From the IMG/VR virus record IMGVR_UViG_3300006217_000229: 36,607 nt of DNA, one strand, 5' to 3'. Within the stretch, counting starts at the first letter, position 1; each line of letters opens with the position of its first letter. The DNA comes from a virus. The notes beneath the pieces are model-generated. The model did not search any database. It was not told the origin of the DNA and worked only from the letters and a program-made list of their open reading frames with translations. The position numbers and the translations under genes were made by a program. Shown in pieces: positions 1-8,969 of this stretch.

Positions 1-1383
1 AACAGGAAAATATAAAGAATTTTTACCGTCTGAAAATTACATAACAATAAAAAAAGTGAAATATTATAATGGTGTTTTAGGGACAGAAAAAGGACATATA
101 CTGGAATTAGATGATAAAAATCCATTACTAAACGATGAGATAGCACAGAGTATTTATAATAAGATCATTAACCTTACATATATAAAATATACTTTAAAAC
201 ATACAAATCCTGACTTTGCGATGGATTGCGGAGATGGGGTATCAATAACGAATATAAAGAATGTAGAGTTTAGAAGCTATATCATGAAAAATGCTTGGGA
301 GTTTGATGGCGCTATTTCGCAGAATTGGGAAGCAAAAGGAGAAACTGAACTAGATAACTCATATTCTTCTAAAGGACCTATTACTCAAGAATTAGAAAGA
401 ATAGTAAAAGAAGAAATTCCAAGCGCAAAAGACGAAGCAATTTCTGTGGCAACTGAGCTTCTGACAAAATATAATGGTGGCTATGTCATAAAAAAAGATG
501 GAGAATTATTCATAGCTGATAACGAAGATTTAGATAAGGCACAACATGTGTGGAGATGGAATATAAATGGTTTAGGCTATTCTAGTACAGGAATAAAGGG
601 TCCATATCGGTTTAGCAATGACAATGGATGGTAAAATTGTTGCTGATTTTATTACGACAGGGACAATGAGTGCCGAGAGAATTAAACGGAGGTATGCTTA
701 GACTTGGAGGAGAGAACAATACAAATGGATCTATTCAAGTAGTAGATGCAGAAGGTAATGATTTAGTTAATATTAGTAAAGATGGACTAATACTGAATAA
801 TGGCGTTAAGCTAATAGGTAATGGAGGAGTTTTATCTAATTTACAGTTTAAGGCCTTTGGAGAAGGAAATCATGCTGGTGAATACTACTGGTTAGGCTTT
901 CTTGATACTTTTCAGGGAATTGATAAGTATAGTATGTTTATAGACATTTCAATTCCAGATAATTTCACAATTACTTCCGCTTATATAACTTTAAGACACA
1001 TTCCAATTGATGTAAATATGTCAGATGGTTCTGAAGTATATGGGTATGCAAGAAATGTGAAATGCTATTTGGCTGATATGGAAGCAGAAGCATATGTGTC
1101 AATGCAAGAGATGAGTGAATACTCAGCGCAAATAGATGGTATTAATTATGAAGAAATAGAAAATTGTTTTAATAATTCTAAAAATAGTTTTACTGCAGAG
1201 GTACCAAATAAAGATAAATTAAATATAACGGAGGTTATATCGGAAGATATTGGAGATAAAATACAAAAACACTGCAGAATAAAAATTGCGACAACAGATT
1301 CCACTCCTACTACTGCAAAGAATTGCTTTGCAAAAACTGGTTTCGTTTATGCTTTTATTAGTGTTTTTGGTTATTTGCAATAG
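1..1383 (+). CDS. Minor tail/structural protein, C-terminal part; continues from 35872..36607 across the contig junction, with in-frame CGG +1 sites at 608 and 687
   Basis: Frame is open from nt 2 through 608. Shifting +1 at CGG 608 gives GPY-GLAMTMDGKIVADFITTGTMSAERIK, and again at CGG 687 gives GGMLRLGGENNTNGSIQVVD...; this matches the layout of phage minor tail proteins ending in 'TGTMSAERI..GG'. Confidence 0.8.
4..31 (+). repeat. Terminal direct repeat, copy 1 (contig overlap)
   Basis: aggaaaatataaagaatttttaccgtct identical to 36580-36607; nt 3 differs (c vs a). Confidence 0.95.
608..611 (+). other. In-frame CGG +1 site (TAT CGGT)
   Basis: GPY|R-stop vs GPY-GLAMTMDGKIVAD. Confidence 0.9.
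687..690 (+). other. In-frame CGG +1 site (AAA CGGA)
   Basis: SAERIK-GGMLRLGG after +1. Confidence 0.9.
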
Positions 1384-1389
1384 AAAGGA

Positions 1390-3016
1390 ATGGAATTTAA
1401 TATGAGTAAATTTACAGATTTTTTAAATCTTTTCAAATGGGACATTGAGACAGATGGGGAAGAAGAATTTAATATAGATAAGGCTTTAAATGAGAATTGG
1501 GACAAGATAAATAATAAGGTGAAGCAACATGTAAATAGTACAGATTTCATACATCAAAATGTAACACAGAATAAAGATGGATTTATGAGTAAAGAAGACA
1601 AACAAAAAATTGATGAAATAGAAGATAAAGCCCAAGTAAATAAAATTGAAAAAATAAAAAAGAATGGAAATGAATTGCCAATAGCAGATAAAGAGGTTGA
1701 TATTGAATTAGATAAGAACGATGTAGGATTAGGAAATGTTGATAATACTTCAGATGAGGACAAGCCAATTAGTAACTTGCAACAAGAAGAATTTAACAAC
1801 TTAGAACAAGCAATTAATGAATTAGATCCATCTAAGATAATTAATGAAGCAACAGAAGTAAATGATGAAGATTTGCTTTTAGTAGTACAAAATGGAGTAA
1901 AAAAGAAAGTACCAGCTAGTAAGGTAGGAACAGGAGGACCAGGAGGAACAGGAAACACCGTTATATATGATAAAGTCCCAATTGGTACAATTGTTGAATT
2001 TGGTGGAGAAAACGCTCCAATTGATTGGCTTATGTGTGATGGACAAGAAGTAAGCAGAACAACTTATTCAGAATTATTTGCAGTAATAGGAACGATTTAT
2101 GGCGAAGGGGATGGAAGTACAACATTTAATTTACCAGATTATCGTGGGAAAGTTGGTATTGGATTAGATAGTACAGATACTGATTTTGATAGTATTGGTA
2201 ATACGGGTGGAGAAAAAGAGCATCTTTTAGTTAAAGATGAAATTCCTGGGCATAGCCACTCAGTGAATGTTACAAAGTCAACAGGAGGAGATGGAACTGG
2301 TAGCTATGGTATTCAAATGAGACAATCAAATTCGTATTCAGGTGCAGATATATCGGAAAAAACAACTGCTAATAATTATAATGGAATATTAGTTAGTGGC
2401 GGGGGAGATCAATCTCACAACAACTTACAGCCCTATGTGGTAACAAATTATATTATAAAGGCAAAGAAGAGCGCAGTATCAGCAACAGGAGATATACTAC
2501 CCGTGCGGAAGTATTCATATATCCAGCACTAATGAAAACCCATCTGATAAGCTAGGAGGTACTTGGGAATTAATAGATAAAGAGTTTAAGTATTATACAG
2601 GGACTTTAACAGAAGGAACTCATTACGAAATAAACAATACTAATTGTGCGGGTGCTGCGGTAGTAATGCAAAGAGCAGGACACAACGTATGGCTTAGAAT
2701 TAATATAAAAAATAAAGTTGCGGTAGGAGATTCTTCACTAGAAATGCTTACTTTTGATTTTGAAAAAATGGGATTTAAAAACCTTTCTCATACAATCACT
2801 AATGGAATGGGGGCTAGTGATGGAGGTAATGGAATAGCTTTATATACATTAAATTATTCAACAGGAGTATTTGAAACTGTTGACTCAATCGTAAAAGGGA
2901 GTACAGCAAGTATGGCAGTGGATAGTCAATTATATTTTCATACCACACAGAATATAAATCCTGCCGTTATGGACGATTCTGTATGTGATAAATTCTATTG
3001 GGAAAGAACTGCGTAG
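1390..3016 (+). CDS. Tail fibre/collar-domain protein (single gene with +1 shift at CGG 2506)
   Basis: VPIGTIVEFGG..APIDWLMCDGQEVSRTTYSELFAVIGTIYGEGDGSTTFNLPDYRGKVGIG is a phage tail collar domain. After +1 at 2506 it continues PV-GSIHISSTNENPSDKLGGTWELID..., a typical repeated collar/baseplate motif, to 3016. Confidence 0.85.
2506..2509 (+). other. In-frame CGG +1 site (GTG CGGA)
   Basis: DILPV-GSIHISSTNENP after +1. Confidence 0.9.
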
Positions 3017-3028
3017 GAGGTGTAAAAT

Positions 3029-3347
3029 ATGGACAATGTAAAGACTTTAGAAAGAATTGCTAGATTAGAGCAAAATGATAAATCAGCACAGCACCGACTA
3101 AGTGAGCTAGAAGAAGAAGTAAAAGAAAATAGAGAATTAACCATAGCAGTAAAAGAAATAGCAACAGAAATGAAATATCTAAGAGAAGAACAATCAAGTA
3201 TGAGAGATGAACAAGCAAATATGAATGATAGATTAAAAGTAATAGAAGAAAAACCAGCTAAAAACTGGGATAATTTAATAAAAATAATAATAACTCGGAT
3301 TTGCTACAGCAATTCTGGGTTATTTTTTAGCAAAATTAGGATTATAA
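3029..3347 (+). CDS. XhlA/holin-like coiled-coil protein with C-terminal TM segment (+1 shift at CGG 3296)
   Basis: Coiled-coil MDNVKTLERIARLEQNDK...; the TM tail appears only after +1 at 3296: NLIKIIIT-GFATAILGYFLAKLGL stop. Sits directly upstream of the endolysin. Confidence 0.75.
3296..3299 (+). other. In-frame CGG +1 site (ACT CGGA)
   Basis: IIIT-GFATAILGYFLAKLGL after +1. Confidence 0.88.
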
Positions 3348-3351
3348 AGGA

Positions 3352-4899
3352 GTGAAGATTATGGACAGAATAGATAAAAAGAAAGTAATAATAACAGCAA
3401 TTGTAACATTAGTATTAACAATTGCAGGAATGATATTTGGAATTACATATACTGATAATGATATAAAAGAAATATCAGAAGGTATAGAAACAGTAGTAAA
3501 TATAGTAGACAACCAATCTACTACAGAAATTCCAGAATTGTATTTAGAAGATGAGCAAAATCTTGAAGAGCAAGAAGTAGAAAGCGAATCTTTTGAATTG
3601 CAACGGAGAAATTGCTTATAATGGTTCTAGTGAATACCCAAATATAAAATTGGGGAATTATTCAGGACTTACATATTATTCACAAATAGATTCTCGTTGG
3701 AAAAATAAATTATATACAAGTACAAATAACCAAACTCAAACAATGGGAAGTTCAGCATGTGGACCAACATGTCGGAGCAATGGTGGTGTCAAGTATTCGA
3801 GGGAATATTACACCACCAGAGATGGCTGATTTATATGTAAAATATGGATTTAGAAGTGCTTCTAATGGAACATATTGGTCTGCGTTCAGATGGACAGCAG
3901 ATGTGTTTGATATAAATTATAAAGAAACAATATACTTAGATGAAGCATGTAAATTGTTACAAGATAATTATTATCTGATAGTAGCTTGTGGAAATGGTCT
4001 TTTTACAACTCGGAGGACATTTCATAATGCTTTATGATTATGATGGTAAATATATAAAAGTATATGATCCATATTTGTATAGCGGCAAATTCAATACATC
4101 CACACGTAGAGGAAAAGCGATTGTAGATGGAAATACCGTATTAGTAACAAAAGATAATTTTAGAAATTATGCTAATTATGGAACATTCTTTGCTTTCAAA
4201 AATGATAGAACAAATAAAAAAGAAAATACTAATACAAATGTAACAACAGCAACATATACAAGATATGTAAAAGTAAATTCTAGCTTAAACGTTAGAAGAG
4301 GACCTGGAACTAACTATTCATATGTAAAAAGTTTATACAATGGAAATAAAGTAACAGTATACGAAGAAAAAGGCAACTGGAGCAAAATTGGAACAAATGA
4401 ATGGGTATGTTCTGATTATTTAACAAATAGTAATATCGCTGTAAAAACTAATACAAATACACCAATTAACAACACAAATATTAAAAATACCGTTGGAGAA
4501 TATAGAAAACTAAAAGCGACAACAAATTTATATTCTAAATCAAATCTAACTGGAACAGTATATACATACTTAAAAAATACAGAAGTTAAGATACTTAAGA
4601 ATATTAGTTCAACTGTAGATTACGTTTATATAAAAGCAACAAATAGATATGCATACATTAAGACATCAGCATACACAAATTCTAACAAGATAGTTACTGC
4701 ATCAAATAGCCTAGCAGGGCAAACTAAAGTATTTAAATCTAATACAACTATATATGCTTATAGCACGATGCAGGGAAAATACTATAGCTATTTGCCAAAC
4801 ACAAGAGTACAAGTATTAAAAGATTTGGGTAATATAGATTATATATACGTAAAAGCAACAAATAGATACGGCTATGTATATGAAAGTGTGTATAAATAA
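3352..4899 (+). CDS. Endolysin: N-terminal TM, C39-like cysteine peptidase domain, SH3b-type repeats (+1 shifts at CGG 3604, 3773, 4011)
   Basis: Corrected reading gives ...SACGPTC-GAMVVSSIRGNITPPEMADLYVKYGF...YLIVACGNGLFTT-GGHFIMLYDYDGKYIKVYDP...VKVNSSLNVRRGPGTNYSYVKSLYNGNKVTVYEEKGNWSKI. CGPT and HF(I/V) motifs plus SH3b. Start may be ATG 3361. Confidence 0.85.
3604..3607 (+). other. In-frame CGG +1 site (CAA CGGA)
   Basis: ELQ-GEIAYNGSSEYPNIKLGNYSGL after +1. Confidence 0.88.
3773..3776 (+). other. In-frame CGG +1 site (TGT CGGA)
   Basis: CGPTC-GAMVVSSIRG after +1. Confidence 0.92.
4011..4014 (+). other. In-frame CGG +1 site (ACT CGGA)
   Basis: GLFTT-GGHFIMLYDYDG after +1. Confidence 0.92.
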
Positions 4900-4903
4900 A
4901 ATA

Positions 4904-4932
4904 TTGAAAGTATAACAAAATAATGCTATAAT
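4904..4932 (+). promoter_or_regulatory. Candidate sigma-A promoter (TTGAAA - 17 nt - TATAAT)
   Basis: ttgaaa at 4904-4909, tataat at 4927-4932. Confidence 0.5.
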
Positions 4933-4938
4933 AAATAT

Positions 4939-5009
4939 AGAAATAAACTTTATAGATTAAGTTTATTGGGGGCAAGAGGCTAGTCGAGTTAAAGGCTAGT
5001 CTCTTTTTT
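4939..5009 (+). ncRNA. Putative ~70 nt small RNA (hairpin plus terminator hairpin)
   Basis: Perfect 9-bp stem aataaactt...aagtttatt (4942-4967) followed by terminator hairpin gaggctag...gctagtctc plus T6 (4976-5009), just downstream of a -35/-10 pair and with no ORF. Confidence 0.4.
4976..5009 (+). terminator. Rho-independent terminator
   Basis: gaggctag / gctagtctc stem (one GU) followed by T6. Confidence 0.65.
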
Positions 5010-5076
5010 ATTGCAATTTTACAAATAATAAAGTATAATTACTCTAAAAGTTATTAAATAACTTAAGGAGTATAAA

Positions 5077-5454
5077 ATGAAAAAGAAGAACATATATTTA
5101 GAAATAAGAAAGCTAAGAAAAAAATTAGATAAGAGTGTAGAGAAAAACGGAACAGAAGCAGAAGAGACAAAAAGAATATCGCATGAGATGGATCAACTAG
5201 TAAATGAATATTATGAAAGTAGAAAGATAAGAGATTACCCAGAATGGAGCGAATTTGTTGATTACTACAAAGACTCATATGAAGCATTAAAGAAAGTAAC
5301 AAAAGAATTTAATGAATTTCCCACTGTGCATGCTTGGGACAAATTCGCACAAGAAAATAATTATCTCAGTTGCACTTCAATTCAATATATATCTAAACTC
5401 GATTGGCATAAATTAAGAACAAAAATACAAGCTGAAATCAATGCTAAAATTTAA
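5077..5454 (+). CDS. Spo0E-like aspartyl-phosphate phosphatase domain protein
   Basis: N-terminal LEIRKLRKKLDKSVEKNG...RISHEMDQLVNEYYES resembles the Spo0E family helical hairpin with its S-x-x-(L/M)-D signature. Confidence 0.55.
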   Translation: MKKKNIYLEIRKLRKKLDKSVEKNGTEAEETKRISHEMDQLVNEYYESRKIRDYPEWSEFVDYYKDSYEALKKVTKEFNEFPTVHAWDKFAQENNYLSCTSIQYISKLDWHKLRTKIQAEINAKI

Positions 5455-5478
5455 TTAAAAAAATTTAAAAAACTTTTT

Positions 5479-5509
5479 CCGCTGTTTGCAATGCTTACAG
5501 CGGTTTTTT
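5479..5509 (+). terminator. Rho-independent terminator
   Basis: Perfect ccgctgt / acagcgg stem followed by T6. Confidence 0.85.
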
Positions 5510-5825
5510 GTCGAAAATGGGGTTTGCGATTTATATTTACTACATGATACAATTTTAACAGATATGAAAAATATATTTTAATTAAAAAAAATAAAATTAA
5601 ATTATAAAAAACTTTTGTAACTGTTGATACTGTAAGAAAAGAAATAATGAAAAATCTTTCTGTTCAATGTTGACTTTTAAAATATGTTTATAATATCATT
5701 TTTATATAAGAAAAGAGATAGCCCACTCGCAATGGAAAACTATCTCTAATCACGAATACTCATCAATGGAGTATATATTCATTTTATACTTCATTGATGC
5801 AAATGTCAATGGAGGTATGTATATG

Positions 5826-5963
5826 GAAAAATTAATTGTAGAAGAGAGTGAGATTATCAAAGAGGAAGATTATCAAAGAATTAAAAAAGAGATAAATAAA
5901 AAAGATAATTGGTTCACGAAAGAGGAGATGTTTGGACTTACGGAATTTTACAGAAAAAATTAG
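5826..5963 (+). CDS. Small acidic/basic protein of unknown function
   Basis: In-frame ATG of ORF 5766..5963 near a ggagg site: MEKLIVEESEIIKEEDYQRIKKEINKKDNWFTKEEMFGLTEFYRKN. Confidence 0.45.
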   Translation, partial: EKLIVEESEIIKEEDYQRIKKEINKKDNWFTKEEMFGLTEFYRKN

Positions 5964-5980
5964 CGTAATTTTAGCGTAAT
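5960..5980 (+). promoter_or_regulatory. Integrase arm-type site pair (P arm): ttagcgtaat x2, 11-nt period
   Basis: ttagcgtaat at 5960-5969 and 5971-5980. Confidence 0.65.
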
Positions 5981-6099
5981 TTATATGCAAAAGTAGGTAT
6001 TTTTATGCTTTACCATGCAGTTGTAAAATGTACATTGAGGCTTAGGGTACCAATAGATACATTGAATTTATAGTAGAATGGGAAGAACTCGAAAAAGTT

Positions 6100-6144
6100 C
6101 TCATAACCCGAAGGTCGATAGTTCGAGTCTATCCCCCGCAACCA
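6100..6144 (+). other. attP core: 3' half of an initiator tRNA-fMet
   Basis: ctcataacccgaaggtcgatagttcgagtctatcccccgcaacca = CAU anticodon loop, CCCGA stem half, T-arm gatag-ttcgagt-ctatc, acceptor strand, CCA. The 5' half is absent. Adjacent to the integrase. Confidence 0.8.
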
Positions 6145-6191
6145 CTAATACCAAAGGTTCTAGCGATTTGTTAGAACCTCATTTTTATATT

Positions 6192-6212
6192 TTAGCGTAA
6201 TTTTAGCGTAAT
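6192..6212 (+). promoter_or_regulatory. Integrase arm-type site pair (P' arm): ttagcgtaat x2, 11-nt period
   Basis: ttagcgtaat at 6192-6201 and 6203-6212. Confidence 0.65.
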
Positions 6213-6224
6213 ATGGTGTAAAAA

Positions 6225-7295
6225 TTAAAACAAGTTTTCTAAAACTTCACTTGCTTTTTTATCTTCCTCGGGTATTTCATCTAAATAATAATTTACACCA
6301 GTTGAAGGTAAATGCCCTAATCTTTTGGCAGCATTTACGACATCTATTCCTTTGTTAACTAATATACTTTCATTTAATGGTCTTAGATCTTTTAATTTTA
6401 TTACTCTCAAGTTATTATCTTTTAAGAACTGTTTGAAATTTTTTGAAAACGTGTCTGGATGCATAGTAAATAGTTTTGTACTTTTGTCAGGTCTTCCTAA
6501 ATAATTATAGTATTCTTCTACTTTTTTAATATAAGATTTAGGAACATAGAATAATCTATTCTTTCCAGTTTTTATATCTTTTTCTTGAGTTCCTCCATTT
6601 ACTTTTATTTTATTTGAGTTAAAATCTATAGAACATATTTCAAAGTCAAAATCTTCAAAAGCTAATCCTATAACTTCTCCACGTCTTGCACCTGTATAAA
6701 AAGAAGTATATGTTGCAATTTGAAGCTCTTTATCTTCTAAAAGTTCTAATTTTTCTAAGAACTCTTTTACTTCTTCATAAGAATATAAAATAACTTTCTT
6801 TTTTCGCTTTTCAAAATTTTTAGGTATATTAACTTTGTCAGCTACATTATATTCTATGTAATCCCACTCAACAGCCTTACTTAAAATTGATGAGATTAGC
6901 TTTATATAGTTTGTCGCAGTTTTAGAAGATAAATTATATTCCTTGACTAATTTATTCGCAAATTCTTGAATTTGAAGCCTCTTAATTTTATTTAATTTCA
7001 TTCGACCTATTTCATCTAATATGTATTTGTTCAGTCTGGATTTATAGTCTTGTAATGTAGTAGGCGATAAGTTATCTGTTGCATACTTATCTATAAATAA
7101 TTGAGCAAATTCTGTAAAAGTCATTCCGTTATCTTTTCTATATATACCTTTTTCCACTTCTGTAACAAATAAAGATAACTTTTTATCAGCTTCTGTAGTA
7201 GAGTTAGCTGTAACATATTGACTATATCTTTCTCCATCGCACATATATTCTAATCGCCATCTATTATTTCCAGTTTTTCTTTTAGTTCCAGCCAT
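6225..7295 (-). CDS. int: Tyrosine recombinase (phage integrase)
   Basis: SAM-like N-terminal domain; catalytic TGARRGEVIGLAFEDFD and a C-terminal AAKRLGHLPSTGVNYYLD segment; next to attP. Confidence 0.92.
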   Translation of the reverse strand: MAGTKRKTGNNRWRLEYMCDGERYSQYVTANSTTEADKKLSLFVTEVEKGIYRKDNGMTFTEFAQLFIDKYATDNLSPTTLQDYKSRLNKYILDEIGRMKLNKIKRLQIQEFANKLVKEYNLSSKTATNYIKLISSILSKAVEWDYIEYNVADKVNIPKNFEKRKKKVILYSYEEVKEFLEKLELLEDKELQIATYTSFYTGARRGEVIGLAFEDFDFEICSIDFNSNKIKVNGGTQEKDIKTGKNRLFYVPKSYIKKVEEYYNYLGRPDKSTKLFTMHPDTFSKNFKQFLKDNNLRVIKLKDLRPLNESILVNKGIDVVNAAKRLGHLPSTGVNYYLDEIPEEDKKASEVLENLF

Positions 7296-8311
7296 TATTT
7301 CATCTCCATTTTACCAATGTATTTACCGATTACTTTTATTTCTGTATCTTTTCCATATACTTGTGTTTCAAATGAATTATCTGTACTCTGGGGCTCTAAT
7401 ATAATTAAATCTCCCTGTTTGCTAAATTTCTTTAAAGTAGCATCATAACCATTTACTAATACAACTGCTATTTCTCCATTTTCTACAAAATCTGTTTTTC
7501 TTATAAGTGCATAGGCACCGTTTTTAATGACTTTGTTCATACTTTCCCCATTTACGCGTAAGAAGATACATTCCTCTGGGTTAGTAATGTTCATCATATC
7601 TGGATCAATAGGTAATCTTCCTTCAATACATTCTTCAGCCCAATTTGGTTGTCCCGCACTTATACGGCCATATACTGGACACATGTAGAATTTAGAAGAT
7701 TTGCTAATGCTTGAAGGTGATGTTGAGTAGCGCATAGAATAAATTTTATCTCTTAAATTTTTCGACTGTAAACAATATTGTATAAAAAACAGTAATTTTT
7801 TTTCAATTTTTCTCTTAGAGTTTTCAGTAAGAAAATCCATGTTATCAAAATAAGGCTGGATTTCTTTTCGTATTTCATTTTCAGTTAAATTATCAAGAGA
7901 ATATATATCAATTATTTCGCATAAATCTTTATAAATTTCTTGGTCTTCTACTGAAAGATCTATGGAAGAAATTATATCTAGAAAATTTTCTTCTAGTTGC
8001 TCATAGAAATCCTTTAGAGTTTCTATTTCTAATAAATTAGAATCAGTATATCCACAAATTTTCATTAAATCAGTATAAGTAACAATTCCATTGGAAGCTA
8101 TAGATAATTTTTGTAGAATTTTTGGTTTAGGTGGTTCTTCTAATTTCATATTCATATATTGAGATAGGTATGTTCTATTAATCCCAGACTTTTTGGAAAA
8201 ATCTCTTTGGCTATCATAATTTTCGTTGATGTTTTTTAAAATTTGTGCAAATTTATTTTTATTAAACATATATAACCCTCCCTTAAAACTCTCTATTATA
8301 GTATAAATCAA
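7295..8311 (-). CDS. LexA/CI-like S24 repressor with N-terminal HTH
   Basis: HTH near SGINRTYLSQYMNMKLEEPPKPKILQKLS; C-terminal PVYGRISAGQPNWAEE...IFLRVNGESMNKVIKNGAYALIRKTDFVENGEIAVVLVNG is an S24 peptidase. Real start probably the MFNKNK ATG. Confidence 0.9.
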   Translation of the reverse strand: MIYTIIESFKGGLYMFNKNKFAQILKNINENYDSQRDFSKKSGINRTYLSQYMNMKLEEPPKPKILQKLSIASNGIVTYTDLMKICGYTDSNLLEIETLKDFYEQLEENFLDIISSIDLSVEDQEIYKDLCEIIDIYSLDNLTENEIRKEIQPYFDNMDFLTENSKRKIEKKLLFFIQYCLQSKNLRDKIYSMRYSTSPSSISKSSKFYMCPVYGRISAGQPNWAEECIEGRLPIDPDMMNITNPEECIFLRVNGESMNKVIKNGAYALIRKTDFVENGEIAVVLVNGYDATLKKFSKQGDLIILEPQSTDNSFETQVYGKDTEIKVIGKYIGKMEMK

Positions 8312-8359
8312 GGGTTTAGAAAAGTCAACAAAACTGTTAAAAAAAGTTGACCAAAAGTA

Positions 8360-8388
8360 TTGACATTCAAAATGTTATTTAGTATAAT
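8360..8388 (+). promoter_or_regulatory. Early rightward promoter (TTGACA - 17 nt - TATAAT)
   Basis: ttgaca ttcaaaatgttatttag tataat in the divergent repressor/cro-like intergenic region (coordinates +/-1). Confidence 0.8.
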
Positions 8389-8432
8389 GCAAATGGTTAG
8401 AAAAAATTAACCAAAAACAAGGAGGCGAAAAA

Positions 8433-8648
8433 ATGGAAATAAATATAGAAGAATTATTGCAATTATTAAAAAATAGATTTGAAGGCAATCAAGCTAAGAT
8501 GGCAAGAGTTCTAGGCGTTAATCGATACCAATTGAATATGGTTTTAAACAATAATGGAAAATGTGCAGGTAAAAAAATAATTGGCGCTATTATTAAGTAT
8601 TGTGATATTAATGAGCTAGATTTTCATAAATATATTTTTTTGCAATAG
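8433..8648 (+). CDS. Cro-like HTH protein
   Basis: Small HTH protein (NQAKMARVLGVNRYQLNMVLNNNGKCAGKKIIGAIIKYC), divergent from the repressor. Confidence 0.7.
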   Translation: MEINIEELLQLLKNRFEGNQAKMARVLGVNRYQLNMVLNNNGKCAGKKIIGAIIKYCDINELDFHKYIFLQ

Positions 8649-8683
8649 TTAGTTAAAAAAAATTAACCAAAGAAGGGATGTGT

Positions 8684-8969
8684 ATGGAACAAAATTTATT
8701 AACAATAGAAGAAGTAAAAGAATATTTCAAAATAAAAGACACAAGAACAATTAACAAATTCATACAACAAGGGCTTAAATATGTTCCAGTTCGGAACTAG
8801 AGATAAAAGATTTGACCCTAAAGACTTAAAAGAATTTGTTGAAATACAAAAGCAAACAACACAATTTGATTTAGACATCAAACCAGTTAAAAGAAAAACA
8901 AAATCTAAGACAATAAATATAGATTTTCAAAAAAGAAAAATTAATCTTGAAATGAATAGAGTAGTCTAG
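8684..8969 (+). CDS. Excisionase/MerR-like helix-turn-helix protein (+1 shift at CGG 8792)
   Basis: MEQNLLTIEEVKEYFKIKDTRTINKFIQQGLKYVPV, then +1 at 8792 gives GTRDKRFDPKDLKEFVEIQKQTTQ. The IEEVxEYFxIxxxxTxxxxIxxGL..xxGxxxxRF pattern is typical of DNA-binding 'helix-turn-helix domain 17' proteins. Confidence 0.75.
8792..8795 (+). other. In-frame CGG +1 site (GTT CGGA)
   Basis: LKYVPV-GTRDKRFDPKDL after +1. Confidence 0.88.

Noticed and set aside
1554-1958. Minus-strand ORFs overlapping + strand genes (e.g. 1554..1958, 9415..9729, 10467..10718, 33260..33610, 34388..34738)
   Set aside because: Low-complexity shadow ORFs opposite well-supported genes, with no RBS context or family resemblance.
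6060-6144. Functional phage-encoded tRNA
   Set aside because: Only the anticodon loop through CCA is present. The upstream sequence cannot form the acceptor, D or anticodon 5' strands, so it is an attP core.
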